A stretch of 62,381 bases of DNA, counting the filler, from Dugesia japonica (taxonomy: Eukaryota): the NCBI GenBank assembly GCA_001938525.1. It is 5 parts of 5 records of this genome, joined end to end, with 100 filler letters (N's around TTAATTAATTAA, not from the genome) between each part and the next. Parts side by side here need not be neighbours in the genome. Positions count along the whole stretch, not along the records: positions 37,128 to 47,211 come from MQRL01605989.1; positions 47,312 to 62,381 come from MQRL01281750.1; 3 more parts are not named here. One strand, written 5' to 3'. The notes beneath the pieces were generated by a model. It did no database searches. It saw only the letters and a program-made list of their open reading frames with translations, and was not told the origin of the DNA. The translations under genes and the position numbers were made by a program. Below, one piece after another: positions 37,591 through 51,655 of this stretch (position 1 is its first letter; every line of letters starts with the position of its first letter).

Positions 37591-38376
37591 TGTTAGGTTA
37601 CTATGGTTTTTTATCTTAAGACGAATTGCTATACTGATCGACGTTTCTTTTCATTCTCATGTTTATCTTTTCTGTCTGGGGTATGATACCTAGTAACCAG
37701 AGAAATTTGCGTTGCTTTCGCTAGCAACGCGATCCCCCATTCTCGAGTTCAGCGGGACATATTCATCTTTATTATTATTTGTCTTTCTCTCATTGTTAAC
37801 CTTTACCATAATTAAAGATCTCTTTCATTTATCATAAGCATAAAACCATTTATCACTGTAATCTGTCATAATACACTCACAATCATATTTCATCTCTTTC
37901 GTAATTCGTTTTATCACCATTTTTACAAAAATTTTATCTCTATCATAACTTATAATCTTTATCGTAATTTATCTCATAACTCGTCACATCTTTAACACAA
38001 TTTGATTCATCTTTAATATACTCATCTCATACCTATCATAACTAAATCATCTCAACTCTATCACAAATCATCTCATACCTATCATAGCTAAATCATCAAA
38101 TTTTTGTCATAAATCATTTCATATTTATCATAACTAAATCATCTCATCTTTATCACAAATCATTTCATATTTATCATAACTAAATCATCTCATCTTTGAG
38201 TGAACGATCTCGTATCTCTGAATCTTTGAGCACTGATGCCCATCATTGCCAGCGTGGCTAGTCAATGATGACCATCGTCTCAGTCTTTCGTTTGTATAAT
38301 TTTATAATAATTAAATAATAAACTATAAATTACTTTGTTCGTGATTCTTTTGTATAGAGATAAATTTAATGCAACA
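37591..38376 (+). mobile_element. Probable solo LTR with internal ~41-bp tandem repeats (38020-38195)
   Basis: TGTT...AACA ends, flanks ACTTG/ACTTA (imperfect 5-bp TSD), AATAAA near the 3' end. Confidence 0.45.
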
Positions 38377-40028
38377 ACTTATAACTTTTAACTATAAGTT
38401 GATAAGCATGAACTAAAATAATTCTTTTTAAGAGTTAATAGTATTGTTAAGAGTTTTTTAGAGTTATATTGTAAATTATGTAACTCCTTTTATATCAATT
38501 TTTTTAATCGTCAATATTGACGTTTCAAGTAGGCACCACACTTCAGTTTTATAGAGAATCATTCAATCGTGCGGTGCTCACTCGCATATTAGTTTGCGAT
38601 GAATACATTTAGTCATGTATTTATTTTCATTTTAAACTCGTTTCCACATACAAAATTGTTTTATACATCTGAGTACCGGTGCTGAATCGGCCTCATAGAT
38701 TTTCTCTATATTTCTGCTTTTCTACACAAAGTGCAGTGCTTCAGTGCTTACCCGACACATATAATTTCTAATAAAATTTCTTGTGGTGACGTACATGGTT
38801 TCAATAACATCTGTGCTTATTGAACCGTCGCAAATCACTTTAAAAAATAATAATATTTAACTTTTAAAATAATAAATTTGGAAACTTTGCTTTCCAATTA
38901 TAAATACAAATAATTACAGGAAAGAATATAAATAATTTTAATATAATATATAATTCTGATTTAAATTTTTATTTCCTTTCATTAAATATAAATTTTATTT
39001 TAAAATTCTATTTCTTTCTCTANNNNNNNNNNNNNNNNNNNNNNNATAATAAATTTAATAATATTTATTGAAAATAATAATATTCTATACCATAATTATT
39101 TTAATATTTTATTCTACTAATATGATTTCTCTTAATTATATTATAATAATTCTATTAACGTTTTTTTAACTATAATAACAATACAGACTTATTTTATACC
39201 TGGTTTCTGGTAATTCCATTTGATTTTAAAATCTTCAAATAAAATACTTTTGTTTTAATCATGATTTCTTAAATTGATTATTTTATTATATTTAGTCATT
39301 ATTTCTTTATAATTATACTATTATATCATTTATATAACTATATATAATAATATACAATTCTTTTGTTCGCTTTTCTTACATCGTTTCTCGTACTTCATTT
39401 ATTTTCTTCCTTTGATATTTTATTTTATCAATCATATCTTCTTGAATTAATTAATCCTTTAAACATTCATATTTCTTATAACTTCAACTTCAGCTTTAAT
39501 TATAACTTTATTTAACTTCTCGTTTATTTTAACATTTATTCGCTTGATCAATTGATTTGTCTAATTTCATATTAATTCACGGATGATTTAATCGTATTTA
39601 TTCTTTCTGCATTATTTCATTTTCTATTCTGATTTTAATATCATTTCGTTGTATTTCAAAATTTTTTTCTCATGATTTTCTCAGTTTACTAAGGGCTACC
39701 TTTTTCTAACTGGGCTGTTTTCAGTGAGAAAAACTTGTGCGAATTGCTTAACTATAGGTGCTACCTACCTATCATTTTTTGAANNNNNNNNNNNNNNNNN
39801 NNNNNNNNNNNNNNNNNNNNNNNNNNNNNNNNNNNNNNNNNNNNNCATTTATTTTATTTTGTACTTAATTCTAATTATTTTTAATTTATTATTTTAAAGT
39901 TTTAATATTTAATGTAGCTATTTATAGTATTTTTAATCTTTACCTTTTAATTATAATATTTCGTCCTTTAAGTACTAAAACAAAACTAAAATCTTTTTAT
40001 CCCTAAATATTGAACTATACTTATTTAA

Positions 40029-40454
40029 CACGCCGCGACAAAACAAAGCAATCTTGCAAGCTAGAAAATTCTACCCAGGTTTAATCATGTCCTGGTTCGA
40101 CCAGCGTAAAGCTGTCAAACAAAACAAAAAGAGAAGAAATAAGAAAGCGCAAGGAAATAGAGGGAAAGTTTAAAAACCCTAATTGAAATCTTCCACATCA
40201 GACCATCTGGCTCTACTCACATTGAATCTCTTCATACTCAAGAGTGCCAGCCTGTCTATTGTGGAAACTTCAATTCCTACTCGACCAGGCTATGCATTTC
40301 ATGTTCGAGACAAGAGCAAATTTTCTTATCACATTAAAGCGTAGCCCAACCTGTTTTAGCACTGCTTCATTTTCAACACACCATGATCCCAGACATCGTC
40401 ATGGAGAACTTTCAAATTTGAAAGGTTTTCTGAAGGTCCTCCTTCAGTGGTGTG
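40029..40454. repeat. Dispersed repeat (CACGCC...GGTGTG); internally deleted copy at 20942-21036
   Basis: Shared CACGCCGCGA and GGAGAACTTTC...TCCTCCTTCAGTGGTGT blocks. Confidence 0.55.
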
Positions 40455-42929
40455 TATTTATTTATTTAAATAGATTGTTATTGATTTAGAATAAAATCAG
40501 CATGTGACTGCTATCAGTCATTAAACACACACACATTTATATATAGTCCTAATTCTAATAAATGAATTTCCAAAACTTATACTAATATCAAATAAAAAAT
40601 TGTTTATTGTAAAAATAGTTTTAAATTTCTATTTACCAACAAAAAATAATAATATCAATTTTTATGATTTTTTTAATTAGATTTTTTAAAGTTAATAAAA
40701 TGTGATTTTTATCAACGCATTGAAATCAATTTTTATTTCAAAAAATAAATGGAAAAANNAATGGAAAAATATCTGAAAACAGAAAATAATTTGAAATAGA
40801 TTTTAATTCGAGCGAACAAAAATTTCAATAGATGAAAAATCAAAAAAAAATTAACTGTAGGGGAAGAAAAAGAAAGAAAATAATGAATAATATATAGATT
40901 GGAGAGAGAAAGTAATTTGAAAAAATGTACAGAAAATACTATTAGAAATGATGAAAAGAAATTCCAAATTCCACGAATGTAATACCAAAATAAATATTAA
41001 TTTCAAGCAACTGTAATAATGAAAAAATGATTATTTCTATTCGATAATAGTAATTAACAGTTAGTTTCTGTTTTGTTTACATTTGCTATTGAATACGGAA
41101 ATAAAATCATTTTTATAAAATAGAAATGTATTTTTAAAATAACTGTACAAATTAAAAATTAAATCTAGTTTTCATTAAATAGATTAATTTATAAAAGTTT
41201 ACTATTTACAGGATACAAAATGAAAAAGCAGCTTGCCAAAGTTATTAGTCACATATAAATGATGATGTGGCTTTTCGATCCGACATGAATTGATAAATCG
41301 ATTATCATTCAATCAGGACAATTTGAACAACAATTTTAAATAATTAATTGCTTTCATTTTCAACTGTTAATTTACTTTTACTACTATTATTATTATTNNN
41401 NNTTATTATTATTATTGATAATTATTATTGTCAGAATTGTTGCTTCTTAAATTTAACGAATTTATTGTCTAAAATCAATTTCCGAAATTTATATATTTTT
41501 AAAAAATTCACACAAACAAAATACAATATTACAATATTAAAACAACACATTCTATTGAGGATTTTGTCATATTATTATTATTATCATTATTATTATTTTT
41601 ATTGTCATTCATTAGTTGCAAATAATTGTGAATTTAGACAATTAGAAAGGTCATCAACAAAATTCCAAACAAGAATAATGGAAATTCGAGAAGAATATCA
41701 TATTAAATTTATTATCTGTACTTAAAAAGAATCGCGACTGGTTTATTTGACGACCTTTAGAAAACTTTAAATTAATTTAATTAAGCTAAATTTTTTTTAT
41801 AATTTCAATTATTGATAAAATAATTCTTATTTTTGTATTTTTTTAGGCTTTTGAATTCCAAAATAAACCAAAAATTTTACAAAAACAAATTCAAATTGTG
41901 GTGTTATGATTCTGGAAATGATGTATAACATGTGAAAATGAAACAAAATTACATCAATATTGTATTATGACATAAACGTATTGATGAAATAATTGGTTTT
42001 AGGTTACGTATTAATCTTATTTATGAAGCTATGTTGTGTGAAATTTTGTTCAATCTTATAAATCAGTCTAACCAAGTTTAAATTGAAAGTCATTTGTAGT
42101 TATAGTAATAATTATATAGTAATATAACCACTGAACCCTATGAAACAAATACAACAAATACCACCTATTAAGTACTATAAATTCATCAAAAATATTATAT
42201 TCGATGAATTTTAGTGCAATTAATTAATTTTAAATAGTTTTAGAAAAATTGATGGAAATTTAATAAATCTTAATCAAATTTGTCTATATTTTAATCACAG
42301 GTTTATACATTTTAATGAAATTACTTATGAACTCAGTATATTTTTATTAACATTTTCTGTAAATCTAAAGAAATTTTATAAATTCATGCTATCGAAAAAA
42401 AATTTAGAAAATTACAAACTATTGTCTTAATATATAAAAGCTGGTGACAATTTACACATAGTTTGTCACAATTCATATATAGGTAATCACAATTTATGGA
42501 CAAGTGGTTACAAAGCGTTTGTAGGATGCTAAAATTTACAAACACATAGTTACAAGTTCAATTCAAATGCTATAAAAAATGTATGGAACGAAACTTTCAA
42601 TTTAAAAATGAATAAAGTTATAAACAGTTCATTGTTTTTATTTAAATAATAATGAATTTAGAAAGAGGTCTTTCGATTTTTACAACATTGATAAACGTTC
42701 CAACTATGATGAGAATGAAAATGTCACAGTTATTTCCATCAATTGTTAGAGACAATTTACTCGATATTATTGTTACCACTTATTAAACATTGAGACAATA
42801 GTTTGTAATTTTCTATGTCTAAATTTTATTAAATTAAATTAAATTTTTAAAAAATGTCTTTAGATTTACAGAAAATATTAATAAAAATATACTAAGGGGA
42901 ACAATAAAGTTAAGATTCAAACGATTAAG

Positions 42930-44460
42930 AATGCTTTAGTTCAAGAATGGTCTTCGAAACTTCGTTCGTTTCTTGTCGTTTCATAAAAGATGATACAAAG
43001 ATAGCAGCTAATTTATATGAAGCAACTTCAGGTTGCAACAAACCGTTAGGATCATGCAGAAAATTTTCAATGCATTAAAAGACAAATAATGTAATGCTCC
43101 TGTATTATAATATCCCAGCAAAGATAGGATGTTCGATTTAGACACTGACGCTAGTTTTAAACTATCGTCACAGTCTTTAGTCAATGTAAAAAGGAAAAAT
43201 AAGGGCTAATAGCGTATGAATCCAGACATTTGATAGTTCGGGGAAAATGGTACTATGTGACAATGAAAGAACTATTAGGTATACACAAATTTGTGCACAA
43301 ATTCAAACAATATCTGTATGAAAATAAATTTCTAGTAAGAACAGACCACAAAGCGTTTTGTGTTTTAAAACAACACAAAAAAACCAAGTCCAGAATTCCA
43401 GACATGGATATCAAATGGGGAGAGTATGATTTTGAACTCAAGTATTGAAAAGGCAAAGAGCACAACAATGTCGATTGTTGTCGAGGCTAAAGGAGAGTTT
43501 ATGTTCACAATGGAGCATTAAACACATAGACGCAAAAAGCGAGCGTGAAACATATCAATGGANTTAATCATAAAACCGATATAATTACAATGATTCTATA
43601 AACTCAGATTCAAGAATACAAAGCTGTGTAACATCATTGCAAAAATAGGGTTTAGTGACTAAAAACAATGAACAAGAAAGCTACTGAAATAAACTGAAGC
43701 ATTATTTAAAAATAGTGGATGATCTGTTAGTTTTGAACAGAGGAAATAATTTTTTGTTTGTGGTTCTGACAAGCATAGTTGATAAAGTGATAAAGGAAAT
43801 TCGTGAAGATTTATGCCATGTTAGAAAAAGTTATTTTTATACGTACAAGATGGTTTTCTGGCCAGGGATAAATAAATGCAAGATGTATGACAAAAAGAAA
43901 GTAGTGCAAAGTCGAAGAAAACAAAAACTTATATCGTGGGAAGCTAAAATATTTAAGAACAAACCGTAGTGGTTATATCTCATATGGAACAAAGCAAGTC
44001 TGGAAAGAAATATAAAGTAGTAATTATTGATCGTTTTAGCAAACTAGTCAGCTTATTTGCAGTTTCAAAAATGGATGAAGAGACAGTTTTCATGATAATT
44101 TTGAACAAATGGATACACCATTTGGTAAACCAAAATCCATTCTGATTGACAAAGGTAAAAAGTTTGAAAATCAAGTGATTGCAAAAAACTAGGAAAATTT
44201 GGAATTGTGCAGGAATTTAGTTCTCTGTATCGACACCAGTCGAAGAGTTTGTTAGAACGGGTGATCCGAACAGTGAGAGACATGATTAAAATAGCAAAAA
44301 AGGGAAATGTAATGAGGAACATACGGATACATTATTACTGAGAGTAGAATTTAGTATTAATGTAACAAATTAAGGTTATATTTTATATTTAATAAATATT
44401 CTAAGCACTTAGTTATTCTTCAAGTGTGATAGAGGACAAGGAGATTGTAATGGTGTAAAT
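42930..44460 (+). mobile_element. Highly decayed Gypsy pol (RNase H-integrase) remnant
   Basis: LDTDAS, VRTDHKA, FWPG, IIDRFSK, FGKPKSILIDKG, ERVIRT; purine tract then TGTAA near 44445. Confidence 0.8.
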
Positions 44461-46073
44461 TTTGTAATTTATGTTTTTATTATTGTCAATAGTTTTATTT
44501 ATTGAACGTTTTAATTTTATAAATCGTGTTATTATTATTATTAATTATTATTATAATTATTATTATTGATACAAATATTGGAACGCCCAATAAAACACAA
44601 GCTTCTTTGAGCCAGAAAATTATCTTCAAAATTATGTGTTTTTGAGGGTCAGCTAAAAGCTATAAAAGAAACAACAGAAAAAAATAAAAAAATTGGGTAC
44701 AAGGCGCAAGCTATATTAAAGGAATCGTCGTTTATGACTTATAGCTATTGCATCGCAGTTCAGAAGGTACAAGATACACTCCATGCCCTGCTATTGCAAC
44801 TGAACCTGGTAACAAAAGTATGACTCTACAATCAACCAAAAAGTGAAAAGAATAGTTGGTAAACTTTAAAACAATCTACTATGCACCAAAAAAGAAGTAG
44901 TAGAAGCATTGAACATACAAACATGTATTTAAATAGCTAGCAAAAGCACATACAGAAACCGCTGCATAATTAATTTTTCTAATTTGCCGTGTAATTAAAG
45001 TAGTTATGTAAACTTACTAAGTGAAACTTTATTGATAACAAGTTTAATTGGGTTGGTTAGTAATGTGTAGTTTTCTGCTTCACTCAAAAAACCGATTAAA
45101 AATTTATCTAATATTTTTGTGAAAATTTCAACTATACTTATTGTTGTTTTTAATCCATAATTAACAGCGTTATAATTTTAACTATTTTTATTGACTATGA
45201 ATATAACGCTATATAACACTACTCCTTATTAGTTAATTTTTGAGATTCCAAAATTTGTGGAATTCGATTGGCTGTCTTCAAAACTCAATTTAAAAAAAGT
45301 TATTTGCAAATGTTGCCTTAAATAGAAATTTTCTTTTTCTACTGTTTTAAATTTCTCATGAAATTAATAAATTATTTTGATTTGAATGATTTATCTAATT
45401 TATAATAAATTAATTGTTTTTTTGCGCGAATACTTAAATAGAAATAAAAGAAAATTCCATTTGTTAACATTTATTATAAATCAGATGAAGAAACTAATCA
45501 AATCGTATGAAGAAAGCAATCAAGCTGACTCTAAACGAACTGAGTACTGAACCGTTTTTATTGAACTGATTTTGTTTTATGTAATAAATGTTCCATTATG
45601 ATGTGTTTGGAATTTTCTTTAGTTATTTACTAATATTTTATGTTATTATTAATATTACCGGGCGATGTTAACATTAATATTGCTCGGGATACAATAATGT
45701 TAATGTTAAAATTGCCGAGAGGTGACTCATGTTAACATTATTCAAAGTAATTCACTTATCTATCTAAATAGTTTGGTTAATTTAAACAAAAATAATCTTT
45801 TCCATCGGTTTTCTATAAACCATTTCATAATAAGCATTAATTTAACCTTATTTAAAGAAAAAATCAATAATTTTGATTAATTTAAACAGAAATTTATAAA
45901 CATCTGTCAATTTAAATAAAAAATCATTAATTTCACTTAGTTTAAATCGAAAAGATCATGACATAAAATTGATTTTGCAATAGAGATTGTTGAAGAAGAA
46001 AAAAATTCTAATCTTAAGTTTGATATTTCTAAACTTGTTGACAATAAAACCTCATTCTTCAAAAATATAATTA

Positions 46074-47211
46074 CAGTAAAGCTTTCTACAACTCGACACT
46101 TCTACAACGCGTTTTCGCAATAGCTCGATTTATAAATTACGGCAATTTTTCTCATAACGCGAGTTTTTTTCCTACAACGCAATTTAAAAAAATCTCAGTG
46201 TATAAATACAAAAATGTGTGTTTATTTTGCAGTTGTGGTAACTTTAGGATGAAAAGAAATTTTATTATATGTACATATTTTATTTTCTATGCATGTGTAT
46301 GTTGAAACAGGTGTTCTTTTTGTTTTAATTCTGTTTTCTCTATTATCCAACATTTAATAGTATGTACATAGACGGTTTTGATATAAGTGATGAACCTACA
46401 AATACAATGAACAATTACTTTTTTCGTAAGTTTAGTCTTGGTGTTGAATGGAAAAGAACCATACACAAAAATTTCAATATAGTTTCAGTGATAATTAAAA
46501 AAGTAAGTTAGAAATTGGTTCAGAAATATTTTTTAAATAAATCAATTATAATATAATTATATATAATTTAAATTTATAGGAAANNNNNNNNNNNNNNNNN
46601 NNNNNNNNNNNNNNNNNNNNNNNNNNNNNNNNNTAAGTGATGAACCTACAAATACAATGAACAATTAATTTTTCGTAAGTTTAGTCTTGGTGTAGAATGG
46701 AACAGAAACAAACACAAAAATTACAATATTGTTCCAGTGATAATTAAAAAGGTAAGCAAGAAATTGGTTAAATATTTTTTTATAAATCAATTATAATATA
46801 ATTATATATAATTTAAATTTATAGGAAAAAAATCATTATACCATTCAAAATGTCGAATGAATAAAAAAATCCGAAAATTTATTTCACTTCAAACCAAAAT
46901 TCAAATTTTGGATAGGCTTAAAAATCAAGAGAAGACTNNNNNNNNNNNNNNNNNNNNNNNNNNNNNNNNNNNNNNNNNNNNNNNNNNNNNNNNNNNNNNN
47001 NNNNNNNNNNNNNNNNNNNNNGCATCTGGATCATCTGTGCTTGCCAAAATTACTGCTCGTCCGAGAACAAATATAATGGAAAAAATGGAACAAGCCCTTA
47101 TAGTGTATGGGTAGAAAATATGACAAAAAACGGTTGCCTTTAAACGAAAATATGCTCAAAGAAAAAGCTTTAAAAATATTTAAATGTTTAAAAGAAATGG
47201 GAGAATCGTCA
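46074..47211 (+). mobile_element. Tigger/pogo DNA transposon 5' part
   Basis: TA-CAGT start; CENP-B-type HTH KRKFISLQTKIQILDRL-like, MEKMEQALIVW, MLKEKALKIF. Confidence 0.8.
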
Positions 47212-47311
47212 NNNNNNNNNNNNNNNNNNNNNNNNNNNNNNNNNNNNNNNNNNNNTTAATTAATTAANNNNNNNNNNNNNNNNNNNNNNNNNNNNNNNNN
47301 NNNNNNNNNNN
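47212..47311. other. Artificial scaffold linker
   Basis: N44-TTAATTAATTAA-N44. Confidence 0.95.
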
Positions 47312-49191
47312 AAAGGAATTAAATTACTTATTTTATTGGGACATTTCTTACACAATTCGGTAAAAACAAAATGATTATCAAATTTTGAAGCATTGTGAGC
47401 ATAAACTGGAACAAAATACTTTTTAGGTCTTTCATATTTCTTGTTGCATTCTTGATGACAATATCCTTGAAAATCTCCAATCCAAGGATTAATTGATTTG
47501 TATCCAGTGAACTGGATATCATCATCTAAATTTAAATTACAATAATAACATTTTTCTTCAGCTAGTTGATCAAATACATTTTCATCTAGTTGAATCTTTT
47601 CAGATTTAAATCTATTTTCAATCAAGTTTTCAAAAATATTATTAAATTTAAATAACCAATCAATAAATTTAGAAATACAATCTATTCCTTTAAAACATTG
47701 ATAGATATTTTTCACTTTTGGATGTCTACTTACTAGATATAATCCTAAACAAAATGGAATCAATTCACAAGTCTCTGAATGTTTAAAAGTTTCAATATCA
47801 AAGTAAATAGCAAAAGGATTCCAGTTTTTCATGTAAAATTTATTAAACTTGTATGTTTTGTCATTGGTAAATTTTATATCTGAAGATTTTTGTTTTAAAC
47901 ACAACTTTTGATGATTAATTAATGATTCTTTATTTCTTTTCCAAGTCATACAATTGATGTATAATTCTTGAGTGTGATTTGCTTTTAATTTTATCTTGTT
48001 TAGATTTTGAATTAAAATGTAGTGCTCTCCTTGGGAGTGTTTATTCAAAAAGAGCAAATTACATTTATTATGTAAATGAGAAGGATTAGTATCAAAGTGA
48101 GAACTATAAAGTTTTTGAATTCTAGGTTCCCAATTCTTTGACTTGAGAACTTGAAAAACATTAACTTTAAAGTTGTTTAATTTCTCAAACTTGGGTAAAT
48201 CTTTAATATTCATTGGCATTGTAATACCTTCCCAATTTAGAAAGTTGTCATTAATATTATTATATGAAAAAACTGAATCTCCTAGTTTAATATCAAGATG
48301 AGCCATTATACAATATTTAAAACAATTAAAATCATTCTTTGGATTTTTAATGTTTAAAATTCCTGGAATATTATTCCATTCACTAGGTAAAGGAGAATAA
48401 CCTTGACCAGCTAATGACTCATAATCTGAAAGTTCAATAGTAAAAGAATTAAACTTTTCAAAAGACCATCCTGATCCTTGAGTTTCAGTTGTAAAAATAT
48501 CTTCTGATAATTGATCCAACATGTTGTTGATTACTAGATTAATTTGACTAGGCATTGTTATTTTTTCAGAATGAACATCATAATCTTATATCCAATTTTG
48601 AGCATTACAACTATTATCACCAGAAAAGTCTTTTGTATAAGTAGTTGAACATGTTATTGAAACTGCAACCTTTTGAAATTTATTTAAAAACAAATTAACC
48701 ATTTCCTTTATTTCAAAAGAATAATCTTTTAATAGATTAAAATTAATTCTATAATTAAATTGATAAATATTTTCAATAGCAGGTTATGGCTCATTTTTGT
48801 AAATGTTAAAGTTTCTCTTTAATTTAATCATTGTTTCTTGGCAAGTTTCAATTTCATAATCTGGATAATCTTTGAATAATTTTCTTAGAGATGAATCTGA
48901 ATCTGAATCCTCTGACTCTGACTCTGAATTATTCCAACTAGTTGGTTCCAAATCAGCTACTTTCATGACATGATTACGACCTTGTAAATGTCTATTATAA
49001 TTAACCAAATTATTAAAATTAATATTACAAATATGACATCTTCGCCAAACATTTCCTAACCTACTTTGTTCAACTTTTCTTAAAAGAGGTTTTCCTCTAA
49101 GATGAGTTTCTAGATGAGTAAAACTTTTAAAATATTGATTACACAATTCACAAAATTTTTCAGTTAACTGAAAAATATTAGCTTGTGTCAT
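47312..49191 (-). pseudogene. polB: Protein-primed DNA polymerase B, 5' half (two zinc fingers, TP/OTU-like region, exonuclease); two in-frame TAA
   Basis: ORFs 48784-49191 and 47312-48555 are in one frame; QGSGW, NIKN..D..CFKYCI, YFDIET, VYAHNASKFDNHF. Confidence 0.88.
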
Positions 49192-49361
49192 TTTATATAG
49201 AAGTAATTTGGTCTTGTTTTGGTTTTATATTTTTATATTTTTATATTTCCAACTCGAGTTAACTGGAACTGATTCAACAATTTGGGAAAAGTTTGAGCCA
49301 ACTCTTGAAGTTGAATTTGAATATCATTTTGAAGATTGTTAGCAACATTCTTATCTTGTTC

Positions 49362-49910
49362 TTAAACAAGAAGTTGAAGTTGATTTTTTAGACTATTAAT
49401 TATATCTTTTGAAGTTTTAATTTCTTCATTACTCAATTCATTATCTTCCAAAGCTTTTACATGAAAGATGAATAATTTATTTTTAGTTTCTTCCAATAGT
49501 TTAATTTTTGCTGTATATTTAATTATTCTATTTTTAATTAAACCAACACGTAATGAGCCATGAGCTATTGAATAAATTATTGGAATTCCAGTTATTATTC
49601 CTGTTGCTAATATTGAAATAGTAAAAGATAGAGTAGTCATTAAAATTATACTACCAGAAGCAATTCCTACTATTGTAGATATTCCAACATCAGTAAATCT
49701 TATTCCATTATCAAATCTAGACCATCTTTTTAATAAATTATTGTAATGTTTTAATTTTTCATTAACCCATTCCAAATCACTTGTAAAATCTCTAATTCTT
49801 GTTCTATTTAATTTATTTTTCCAATCTTGTATAGTTTCACCAGTTGTCTGAGTTTCCCAACCATTGGACAAATCAGGATAAAGTTTTTCAGCTTGCTGAT
49901 CAACACTCAT
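49362..49910 (-). CDS. Conserved Polinton protein with two hydrophobic helices
   Basis: Homolog of 29188-29763. Confidence 0.8.
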   Translation of the reverse strand: MSVDQQAEKLYPDLSNGWETQTTGETIQDWKNKLNRTRIRDFTSDLEWVNEKLKHYNNLLKRWSRFDNGIRFTDVGISTIVGIASGSIILMTTLSFTISILATGIITGIPIIYSIAHGSLRVGLIKNRIIKYTAKIKLLEETKNKLFIFHVKALEDNELSNEEIKTSKDIINSLKNQLQLLV

Positions 49911-50172
49911 TTTTAAATAATTTATTTTGGATCAAGTTTTATTTTTTAAAATCAAGTTTTATTTTTTAAAATCAAGTTTTAATTATATAATTGATTATCG
50001 AGTTTAATTTCCAGACTAGTTAAATAAACACCCTTGGAAATGTATATTGAAAAAGAAGATCACTTGAAATTAGTTTGAACTACTTCTTTTGATTTTATAC
50101 CAAAAAAAGCTATAGTTGAATCTATTTTTAAATTAAAGGTTTTAAAAATCACTGGAACTGAATGGGCTTTTA

Positions 50173-51201
50173 TTAAAATTTCAATATTAGTTTCTTTTCC
50201 ATTATTTGGGTTATGACAAAAACAAAAAAAATTATTAAATTTTCTTTTTCTTCTAATAATTCAAAATTTAATTTTAATCTATCCAAGAGATGATAATAAT
50301 TATTTCCAAACAATTGTTCAATTTTTCCCTTTCTTACAATTTCCAATTTTTTTATTCTATCTACCCCAATACATGGTAAATCATTTACAATTAATGATGA
50401 AGATAACATAAAAATTATATTTTTATATTTTTTTAGAGGTGGTCCAAACTCTTTAACTTGTTCATTAAAAAATGGAATATATGGAAAATAATTATTTAGA
50501 AATTTCTTCAAGTGATTTAATTTATCTTGTGAATAAAGTTTCTTTTCATCTCTTTGTTTAGTCAAATCATCTAAATATATTTTAATTTCATCTAGTTTTT
50601 CAGATGTTAATACTAGATATATTTTTGTTAAATCTTCTTTTAATTTGGGTAAAGGATCATTTTGAGATTGCAAGTAAAAATCAAATTCATATTTTAATTT
50701 ATCAACTTGTTGTTTCAACTTGTTACATTTTTCTTTACCACAATTACTTGTTAATTTTTCAACTTGTTTCTTTAAATTTTCAACTTGTTTCTTTAAATTT
50801 TCAACTTGATTCTTTAAATCATTTACTTGATTCTCAATATGACTCTTGTTTTGTTTTAAGTCATTAAGTATAATTAACATTTCACTTTTTATTTTTATAA
50901 ATTCTTTTTTACTTTCACTCAAGTTTAATTTATTACTTTCCATCAAAGTTTCAATTGTTACTTGTTGTCTTGTAATTTTATTTTCCAACTTGTTGGCCAA
51001 GTTAGTTATTTCAGTTTGAATAAATTTCTTGTCATCATATTTACTATTTTTAATTTCTTCTTCATGTTCATGTATTTTTAATTTGATATTAATTTTACTT
51101 TCTACTTTTCCATCAAATGCTTCAAGTATTTGAGAAGTATTTTTATTTTCAAGAGTTTCACCAAATCTATTCATTATTACATTTGAAAAGCTATGAGTCA
51201 T
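50173..51201 (-). CDS. Putative fibre/spike-like coiled-coil protein
   Basis: MNRFGETL; heptads QVNDLKN-QVENLKK-QVENLKK-QVEKL; NY.PY and IVRKG shared with 27406-29127. Confidence 0.55.
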   Translation of the reverse strand: MTHSFSNVIMNRFGETLENKNTSQILEAFDGKVESKINIKLKIHEHEEEIKNSKYDDKKFIQTEITNLANKLENKITRQQVTIETLMESNKLNLSESKKEFIKIKSEMLIILNDLKQNKSHIENQVNDLKNQVENLKKQVENLKKQVEKLTSNCGKEKCNKLKQQVDKLKYEFDFYLQSQNDPLPKLKEDLTKIYLVLTSEKLDEIKIYLDDLTKQRDEKKLYSQDKLNHLKKFLNNYFPYIPFFNEQVKEFGPPLKKYKNIIFMLSSSLIVNDLPCIGVDRIKKLEIVRKGKIEQLFGNNYYHLLDRLKLNFELLEEKENLIIFFVFVITQIMEKKLILKF

Positions 51202-51646
51202 ATTTAATCATTTCTTTTTTTAACAGGTGTTTAAATGTTTTTTTTAATTCTTTTATTACATCATTAAATGGAACATTGTTGACTATTGAATAAATAAAAT
51301 AAATACACAAGATTCCACATATTCTTGTTCCCCAAGGTTGAACTTGAACTTGATTCCATTTAATAACATTTTCTTTACCAGTTGACTGGACACAATCTAT
51401 TGGAGGTAAACCATAAGAATCAAAATAATATCCAGGAATATATGCAACCCAATGAGAACCTTTTTGTTTTGTATTTTGATAATTAATAATCCAATTTCCT
51501 TTTTCCAAGTTGGAAAACTCATTACTCATTACAACATTAACATCTAGTTGTAAAAATTTAGCAATTTTCATTAAATCAAAATTAGTCATTGTTGATATTC
51601 CAAATGTTTTTAAAAAGTCTAATACTGTCCACATTTTCTTAACCAA
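51191..51646 (-). CDS. Adenain-like (C5) maturation cysteine protease
   Basis: GSHWVAY, YFDSYGLPP, QVQ.....CGILCIYF (His-Asp-Gln-Cys intact). Confidence 0.93.
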   Translation of the reverse strand: MVKKMWTVLDFLKTFGISTMTNFDLMKIAKFLQLDVNVVMSNEFSNLEKGNWIINYQNTKQKGSHWVAYIPGYYFDSYGLPPIDCVQSTGKENVIKWNQVQVQPWGTRICGILCIYFIYSIVNNVPFNDVIKELKKTFKHLLKKEMIKYDS

Positions 51647-51655
51647 CTAGTTGGA

